Shown here: positions 55,509 through 64,000 of the stretch, one piece after another | How positions within the stretch are numbered: the stretch's first letter is position 1 | Layout of the letters: the number at the start of each line of letters is the position of its first letter | NCBI RefSeq assembly: GCF_009914755.1 | Contig: NC_060942.1 | Reading direction: 5' to 3' (one strand) | Origin: the human T2T-CHM13v2.0 reference genome, Homo sapiens | Length of the DNA stretch: 64,000 nt | The notes under the pieces: generated by a model | Told to the model about the DNA's origin: nothing | The model's database searches: none | The model's input: the letters and a program-made list of their open reading frames with translations, nothing else | Translations under genes and position numbers: made by a program

Positions 55509-58500
55509 GAGCTCTTTGGGGTCCTACTCTAAATGTAAAGCGGTTTACCAGGCCTCAGGGAGGCCCTGGCCTCTTGATTCCATGAGGCCGTCAATGCGCT
55601 GCTCAGCTTCCTAGCTTCCTATTTTGGATTGACAGGCCCAGCCCCTCCAACTGGGTAAAAGCAGCCCCTAGTACTGAGGCCTACATGTCTAGATCTCTTT
55701 CTTTTCTCACATCTTAAACCTGAAATTCCTCCCTATCTTGTTAGCTTTTTGGTGCTTTTAGGAAGGTTTGTTGTTTGTTTGTTGTTAACCTCATCCAGCT
55801 TTCTTTGTTGTGTTCACTGGGAAAGTTGGCTCAAATTACCCAGTTCACTGCTGGCAGGAGGTGGGACCCAGTCAGATCATCTTAGAGACTGACAGGAGAG
55901 AAACACAAGTGACCAGCTGCTCTTTGCCTGACTGTGACTAGAGAACTTTATCTGCTCCCAACACAACACCCTGGTTGCAGCTGGAAAGCAGAAGTTGGGA
56001 TGGATATATTTCAACTAACTGGACATAGCCACATGTAGATATATTTCCCTGCATAGATGAAACTAATTCCTCAGGCTGTTCCTAATAAGGCAGGTGATGT
56101 GGCTGAGAAGGCAGTCACAGGAGTGCTACCTGGAGCCCCATCTGGAACCTGCTTCTTCTCACCTACACTGTCCTGCAAAAGATGGGAATGTAGGACCAAG
56201 GGAAGTGTTGAGGCAGGAAGATGTTTTCTCTTTCAGCAGCTTTTAAGAAGTAAAAACTGTAGGCTGTATTTTAGCTGGGTAAGTTTCCTTCCATTCAAAC
56301 TGGACCCCAAAATGTTCATGTTTAAGGCAGAACTTCTCTTCCATGGCCCAGACAATTCCTTGCAGAGGCTGAACCATCAGATCCAGGCTCAGGAGTCAAG
56401 ATAGCCTTTCCAGATGACTCTGCTTGATGCTAAGGTTTGGAGCTTTATGATAGTTTTTGGCTTTTAGAATGCTTTTCTGCATGCTCAACCACGTGTTCTT
56501 GGAATCAGCAGCCACATCTATTTTCCCCTTACTTTCCTCCAACTCTTCCCCCAACTTTCAAGAAGCCAGAGAAGTTTACAAAAAGCAAAGTGTATTTCCT
56601 GAGTTTGAAAAGGCTGGACAAAGGGAGCCTGAGTGGTGGGAACTTCTCATCCTCCACCTTACCAGAGCCTCCATTGGCTTTTGGGGTGTGGGAGTGGGGT
56701 GGTGGCGGCTTTTATTTTTATTTTTGAGTACCTTTTTCCCTGGAAATTTTAGAGCTGAGCTATCCTCTCAGAAAATCACTGTCTGCCCAGGGAACCATAG
56801 CCTCCTCCCTCACCCTTCAGGTGTGTAATCATTGGGTAAAGAGAAGGGAGGTGTGGGTGTGCCCCTCTAGAAAGGGCCCTGTCTTAGGGGGAGGTATCCC
56901 ACTGACTTTCTGGAGACCACCGTATACCATGGAGCCTTTTATGTATTCCACAATAATTTACCCTGCGGATTTTTAATTTCACAGTACTTCACACATAGGA
57001 AGGACTATAGAAAAATTAGTCCACCATATTGCTAGAAATAGAAATCCTCCAATTCGATTTCAGTAACTGTCCATAAAAGAACAAATCTGTAACCCCACTC
57101 CCAGGTAATTCTAGATTGTGACCGAGCCTTTGGAAGAAATGAAAAATGAATTAATTAATTTTGAAGAGGCAAATTTTCTGTTCTCCTAGAAGATGTGCCC
57201 TTCCATGATTATTTTTGGAGGCAGAATGGCCAGAAAGCCCTACCAGCCATAAGAATTTATGAACCATGACATTTGAAAACTTTCAGCCTGAGATGAAGTA
57301 AATTAATTCCTCCGGCATGATTCACTTTAGGTACAAGCCCAAATTTCTTTTATCAGTAACTTGGGCTCTTAAGGTGATTTTTCTAAAGAGATATAGTTAT
57401 TTGAGACCCATCAGGGCCATTTTCTGTATTTCTTTTGTCAAATTTTCCATTTATGTGGATTTGAGTTTTTTCCAGTTATTTCGAGACCATCTTGTCTGCT
57501 AATAAGAGATAATATGCTGCCTTTTCAATAACATATGTGAAAGCCACAGGGAGTTCAGACAAAGTTAGCTGAGCAAATTCCTGTACTTATCAGAGACCAT
57601 GACATCACCTTCAGTATGCGGTGGGCTTTTTACCAAGTGTCCAGCACCTTTAAAGAACTCAGAATGGTAAAGTATTATAGCTCATTCAATAGAAAAAAGG
57701 AACAGAGAAGTTCAGAAATCTGAAATGATTTTATTTGTAAGAGGAGAATAAGGAAGATGATTACTGTAAATCACATAGGAAGAGGAGGTGAGAAATATGT
57801 AACAATGGTGTAACTATGGTGGATTGCTTTTAGCTTTCCAGATCAGAGGTGAGAAAATGAAAAATTTCTTATGAATTATTATGAAGTTTCAATACTTGCA
57901 GTGTAGGACTCGAAGAGGGCTTTAACGACCCAGCCATCTGCTGTGTAATAAAGCCAGTGAAATATGCTCCATCAAAATGACACAGAGAAGAACGTTAGGG
58001 TACACAGAGTAGGAGCGAGAGTTTTTTACACTATGAATGAGAATATATCTAGTAAGTAGTTCTGGGTATGTTGTGGCCTGAATAACTGTCCATTTTTTTA
58101 TACTTTACTATTTTCTTGAGCTGAATGGAGACTAAGGACAAAAGAAAGAAGACTCAGGTCATTATGAAGTTTGTTGGGTCTCTGCATGATTCCAAAGTGA
58201 TAATGCTCTCAGTTGAAGTACTTAGTTAAAAGCTCAAAGTCTTGTTTCCATATGTCTATACCTGCTGTCATTTTTCAAAAGTTATTCAGTGAATTTGTTA
58301 ATACTGAAACCCCTCCTTTCTTATCAGCAGTCTTTCTTCTGAGATTCTCATAAGATTCTCAATCTTATGAAATGCATTTCTGAACTAGAGAGGCAGTAAA
58401 AAAAAGTCCGTTGTCTTTTCTTTCCAGTTTATTCAGAAGCAAATCTCCAGAATCAAAAATCTATCCACCATTTACCTGCTGAATTTTCTCCCTTCGTTAA

Positions 58501-59022
58501 CCAACAAACAACAGTGTTTTGCTCTACAATTTGAGTTCAGGATTTGGCTTCTATATTAAGTAACCTTCTAGTTTTCTCTTCCACCTCTGCTATTGATAAG
58601 AAATAATAATCACATTATTATTTAATTATCACCACCAAAAGCAACGTCAGATTTCAGTAATCTAAAACTATATTGCCTTAAACTTAGATTATTTGAAATA
58701 AGATCTTTCCTCTCCAGTAATGGATACCTAGAAAAGCAGGTGTATAGCTGTCTATACAGGGGACACACTCAGGAGCATGTACAGTTATGATTATGGGGCA
58801 GTCATAAGCTTTTTTCCTAGAAGGACACACAAGACATTGTTAGCAGTGATAAAGTAAGAAGTGATTGAGGATTGACGTGAGGGAAGGGATTTGTTAGTTT
58901 ATATTTTACTATTTGATGTTTTAAATAAGCATATTTAATAAGTAAATAAGGAGAGAATTAAGAAGGTGGAGAAAAAAGAAGTCACTGTTTATAAGATCCT
59001 GTTGTGAATTTAACCTCTAGAC

Positions 59023-59472
59023 CAGGGGTCCCCAACCCCTGGGCCACAGAACAAGTATTGGTCTGTGACCTGTTAGGAACCAGGCCGCACAGCAGGAGGA
59101 GAGCAGTGGGCAAGCCAGCAAAGCTTCATCTCTATTTACAGCCGCTCCCCATGGCTTGCATGACTGCCTGAGTCTGCCTCCTGTCAGAACAGTGGCGGCA
59201 TTAGATTCTCATAGGAGCACAAACCCTATTGTGAACTGCACATGTGGGGGATCTAAGTTACATGCTCCTTATGAGAATCTAATGTCTGATGATCTGTCAC
59301 TGTCTCCCATCACCCCCAGATGGGACTGTCTAGTTACAGGAAAACAAGCTCAGGGCTCTCACTGATTCTACATCATGGTGAGTTGTATGCATCTCCCATA
59401 CCCAGCCCTGTACACAGAAAAATTGTCTTCCATGAAATTGGTACCTGATGCCAAAAGGGTTGGGGACCACTG
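59023..59472. mobile_element. MER1A hAT-Charlie
   Basis: TIRs CAGGGGTCCCCAACCC / GGGTTGGGGACCACTG. Perfect 8-bp TSD CTCTAGAC (59015-59022, 59473-59480). Confidence 0.95.
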
Positions 59473-60149
59473 CTCTAGACTAATTTCTCATTAGAAATTC
59501 TGGTTTTTGTTAATCATCAGACCAAAATCTATAGGAACATATGGTCAATATAGGTCACATATATCCTCCATGGTTTTGTGTAACTTATATTCTGCAGCAT
59601 TTTTTCAAGTCCTCTTATACCAATGTCTTCTTTGAGCCTCCTAGTGGCGCTGTCTGGTATTTTGAGCCAGTATTATATGATTTCCATTTTACAGAGGGGA
59701 AAACTGAAGCTACGGGAAGATGTGTGGCTTGTCTTAGATGATATAGTTACTACCTGCTTCCCTAGTATTCCAGGACTAGAAGCCACTTCTGATTCCACAT
59801 CGGCGTTCTTTTATCCCTGGTAAAAAGAATTTTGCTCTTTATTCTAGACATTCTTTTTTTAAATACTCCAAGCTGCCTCCTCTCTGGTTTTGTGCCATTG
59901 CATCTATTTCATTCTGTCTTGAATCATAGTTAGATGATTGTTTTCCTCATTAATTTCAGCAATATAGGCTGTCTCTCTTTTTGTAGCCTTACTGTGTCTA
60001 GTACATTATGGCACATATATTCATTCCTTAGTCTTTTCTTTTATGGAATTGGATTTAAGGTATTTTCTCCCAAATAATTATACATTTCTAGGAAAACAAA
60101 AGGAATAAATGAAGCCCTTTCTACAAGACTAATGTCATTGTTCACAAGA

Positions 60150-60330
60150 GAATTAGAATCACATGTTGTTTGAGTTGGAAGAAAATCATCGAGAGTATTT
60201 ATTCTCTTGTTTTACAAATGAGGAACCTGAAGATCAAATAACTTCTGAAGATCCCACAGGGAATTAGAGGTGACATGGTATACAGAGCCCAGTTCTCCTC
60301 ACTTCTAGCCGAGCCCTCCTTTTGCTGCAA
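60150..60330 (-). mobile_element. MIR fragment
   Basis: ttagaatcacatgttgtttgagttggaagaaaatc..ttttacaaatgaggaacctgaag. Confidence 0.6.
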
Positions 60331-60763
60331 CAGTTATTACAGAGATTGACCATCAAGTTTTAGATGAATGGTCAATGCTGGCAAAAATCAGGTCATGCTA
60401 AATTAAAACTACAAATGTGAAGAGAGTTTTAAAACTCTCAAAAAGAAAAGGCTGTACTGAGCTTATTTTTCCAAGTTTTAATGAATGATTTTGTAGCTCT
60501 ACCTCCTTTTAAAGCAAACCTGCTATATAAACATCAGCATTTTCACAAAGGAATTCGCAGTAGGAATCCTTGAGATGATAAGTATCCACACCAGGTGCAT
60601 TTGCAATAGAGAAAAATCACCCTCACTTGTTGGGTAAATCCAGGTGCACAACATCAATGTGAAAGGAGGGATTAATGGTAATTTTTACCTCACCTGCAGC
60701 CTTCTTAAAATAGGAGCTGTTTCTGACCTGGTGAGTGAACTCCTCCTTCAGCAAGGAGCAGAG

Positions 60764-61154
60764 GCCATGGATGCTCTGTCTAATATTCATGGGTTGGAAA
60801 CCTAATTCCTAATGCAACAGTGTTGGGAAGTGGGGCCTTCGGGGAGGCGTTTAGGTCACGAGGGCTCTGTCCTCATGAATAGATTAATGCTGTCATAAAG
60901 TGACTTAATGGAAGAAGTTTGGTCCCTTTCTTGCCTTTCTGCCTTCTGCCATATGAGGACACAAAGTGTCCTCCCCTCTGGAGGATGCAGGGTTCAAGGT
61001 GTCACCTTGGAAGCAGAGACTAGACCCTCACAAGACACTGAACCTGCCAGTTCCTTGATCTTGGATTTCCAAAACTGTGAGAAATAAATTTCTGTTCTTT
61101 ATAAATGACCCAGTCTCAGGTATTTTGTCTTTGCAGAACAAATGGACTAAGACA
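60764..61154 (+). mobile_element. MST (MSTC/D-like) MaLR solo LTR
   Basis: aatgcaacagtgttgggaagtggggcc..gccatatgaggacaca..gaaataaatttctgttctttataaatgacccagtctcaggtat..ggactaagaca. Confidence 0.88.
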
Positions 61155-61334
61155 ACACCTCAGTTCCTAAATTCACTCCTAGGCACCTGAGTGCTCAAAA
61201 GCTATTCCCAGTTTTTAAACATGTTGAGAACAGAGAGCTGGAAAGGCTTATTTTTTATTTTTATTTTTTTCTGAAGTCACCCAAAGGAGAGACAGCAAAA
61301 GAAATTCCAAAGAGGGAGACACTATCAAAAAGTG

Positions 61335-62420
61335 TAAGGCAAAGATTTCATGAGGAAGATGCCAAAAGCAATTGCAACAAAAACAAAAATTGACAAATGG
61401 AACCTAATTAAACTAAAGAGCTCTGCACAGCAAAAGAAACTATCGACAGCAAACAGACAGTCTACAAAATGGAGAAAATATTTGTAAACTATGCATCTGA
61501 CAAAGGTCTATCAATAATATCCAGAATCTATTAGGAACTTAAATGAATCAACAAGCAAAAAAAAAAAAAAAAAAAAACCATTAAAAAGTTTGCAGAGGAG
61601 ATGAACAGATACTTTTCAAAAGAAGACATACATGTGGCAAACAAGCATATGAAAAAAATGCCAACATCACTATTCATTAGGAAATGCAAATCCAAAGCAC
61701 AGTGAATTACCACCTCACACCAGTCAGAATGGCTATTATTAAAAAGTCGAAAAATAACATGCTGGTGAGGTTGTGGAGAAAAGGGAATGCTTATGCACTG
61801 CTGGTGGGAATTTAAATTAGTTCAGCCATTGTGGGAGACAGTTGGTGATTTCTCACAGAACTCAAAGCAGAATTACCATTTGACCCAGCAATCCTTTTTT
61901 TTTGGGGTATATACCCAAAGGAATTTAAATCGCTCTTCCATAAAAACACATGCATACATATGTTCATCGCAGTACTATTCACAATAGCAAAAAATGGGAT
62001 CAACCTAAATGCCCATTAACAATGGGCCAGATAAAACATGGTACATGTGCACCATGGAACACTATGCAGCCATAAGAAGAACAAGGAGATCATGTCCTTT
62101 GCAGCAACGTGGATGGAGCTGGAGGCCATTATCCTGAGTAAACTAACATAGGAACAGAAAACCAAATACTGCATGTTCACACATATAATGGGAGCCAAAC
62201 ATTGAGTACACATGGACACAAAGGAACAACAGACACTGGGGCGTGCTTAAGGATAGAGGGAGGGAAGAGGATGAGGATCCAAAAATCACCTCTCAGGTTC
62301 TATGCTTATTATGTGGGTGGCAAAATAATCTGTACACCAAACTTCTGTGACATGCAATTTATTTATATAACAAACCTGCATATGTGCCCTGAACCTAAAA
62401 TAAAAGTTAAAAAAATAAAA
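61335..62420 (+). mobile_element. L1PA (PA15/16-like) 3' fragment
   Basis: ORF2 C-terminal DNA (cacaccagtcagaatggctattattaaaaagtc) and 3'UTR ending cctgaacctaaaataaaagttaaaaaaataaaa. Confidence 0.92.
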
Positions 62421-62784
62421 ATTTCTACCAACATCTAATGTGAAAAAGGCATAATAGATTCCATTTTTAATTAAATCACATAATGAAATAACAAAGTGTC
62501 AGGTCTGTGGAAGTCCCTAGGACAGTATTTATTAATGAAGCAGTATAATGCAGTTTGTATGAAGCATATTCCTTTTATGCCAAGCCCTGCTCTGGATTCA
62601 TAGGGTCCTAGGTGGCACCAATGCAAGTAGGCATAGTTGGAAAGGACCTCATGAGAATGGAGGTCTCTACAAATTCAATTCAGTTTAACAAATATTTCGG
62701 GTAGGTGCTGTAGGAGAGTTACAGTAAAAATTATAAGACAGACCCTGCTCTCCTGGAGCTTGGAGCTTGGAGCTTGGAGCCTGC

Positions 62785-63320
62785 GCCATGCTTTCCAAAC
62801 TTGTTTGCACATTGGAATCACCTGGGGACCCTATAAAATATTGATGTCTGTGCCCATCCCACTGCCCTAGAGCTTGTGATCTGATTGTTCTGGGGTCTAG
62901 CATGAGGTTTGGAATTTTAAAAAGATGATTCTCAAGTGCAAACAAGTTTGGGAACCAATGGTATGTGTTGTCATTCTCAGCTTTGGCTGCGTTAGAATCA
63001 CCTGGAGAGTGTGTGTGCCTGTTTGCATACACTCCCTACACACCGTATGCATGTGTGTATGAGGGCATGTGTTACACATTTGTGCCCAGGCTTCAGCCCT
63101 AGAGATTCTGATTTATATGGCGTGGGGTCCAGACATCAGTTTTATTTAAAACCCCAAATTAGGTGCATGTTAGAATCATCTGGGGCGTTTTTAAAATACC
63201 GATGTCTGGGTCTCACTCCAGAGACTAGGGTTTAATTGGTTTGGAGTCTAGTCTGGGAATCAGATTTTTTGTGAAGCTGCTTAGGTGATTCAAATATACA
63301 GCCAAGATTGCAATCCCCTG
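62785..63320. mobile_element. Cluster of MER5A/MER5B-type MITE copies
   Basis: Three gaatcacctgg/gaatcatctgg cores (62815, 62995, 63173), each followed by MER5-type cagagattctgatt/ctgattg segments. Confidence 0.7.
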
Positions 63321-64000
63321 TGTTAACCAGCAAAATCACCAGGATTACCTTGTGCAGGGTTACCTTGTGCACCAGGGTTACCCTGTGCTCAATAAAAATG
63401 GGAACACATGAAACAATAGAAGGGTTTATAAAAATGTTAGTGCTAAAACTTTGGGCATTTCTGGTTCTTTGGACATTTCCGTAGGCCTGAATATGTTATG
63501 CTGTGATTTGGATGAAGGGTAGGCAGCAAAACCTAATAAATTCAGCTCACGACCACAGCCTTCATTGTGGCTACCAGTAGAACTTTGAGCTGAAACTGAC
63601 AGCCAAGATCTTCCTAATTGCCCTGTTCCTTGTATCTGCAGTGATAGGAGTGGCACATCTGCCTGTCATACTCCTGATGTATCTAACATTGTTATTTGGA
63701 GAAAAATAACCAGAAACTGGTTTCTGTAACATTAAGGTACTCCAGCCATAGATTTAGCCTTAGGTGAACTCTGTGTAGTTCAGCAAGTGTTGACTGAGAG
63801 CCTACCGACTGCCCAGGGTTCAACAGAGAGCTCCCTGGAGCACAGACTGCATGTGTTGCCTGGTTTCCTTTGTTCCCTAGGCAATTCCTGTTTAGTCCAA
63901 GGCGTAAGGGGAGGGGCTGTATTTCTGCATCTGGCCCCCAGGTGAATGCAGCTGTTTTAAACTGCGAGCGCTCAGCTATCCTGGAAAAGGGGAAGTGGCC

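Larger units (their letters stand above)
54470..55850 (-). mobile_element. Ancient L1M/HAL1-type 5' fragments
   Basis: ttcttctgacctgtcttccaagtcacagtgtatctcttcagctgtatctaatctg..tttccagtctagaattcta. Interrupted by DNA MITEs. Confidence 0.5.

Noticed and set aside
59636-59651. Weak CTCF-like motifs (also ~17000, ~51100, ~63935)
   Set aside because: They mismatch key core positions, and matches of this quality are expected by chance in 64 kb.

Overview
This is primate, almost certainly human, genomic DNA: it carries AluJ/S/Y, L1PA/L1M, L2, MIR, ERV1/MaLR LTRs and hAT/Tigger DNA transposons. I find no credible protein-coding exon. The long ORFs in the track are GC-island, microsatellite or repeat artefacts. 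The one genic landmark is a ~2 kb CpG-island promoter (~45.0-47.0 kb) with a non-coding + strand first exon ending at a strong donor (TCG|GTAAGT, 46006/46007), followed by a long intron. From memory the exon resembles FRMD6 exon 1, but this is unverified. The most interesting observations are: (1) a MER41-type ERV copied by L1 machinery as a processed transcript (no U5, poly(A), ~13-bp TSD) that keeps both tandem STAT GAS sites; (2) a ~460-bp orphan retroposed insert with a perfect 14-bp TSD in intron 1 that brings a sense splice acceptor and AATAAA; (3) a 5 x ~60-bp degenerate tandem array of the L2 3' terminus at the island edge; (4) an L1PA fragment with a 32-bp 3' transduction. Repeat subfamily names are from recalled consensus sequences and need RepeatMasker/Dfam confirmation. 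Boundaries of old repeats are approximate.
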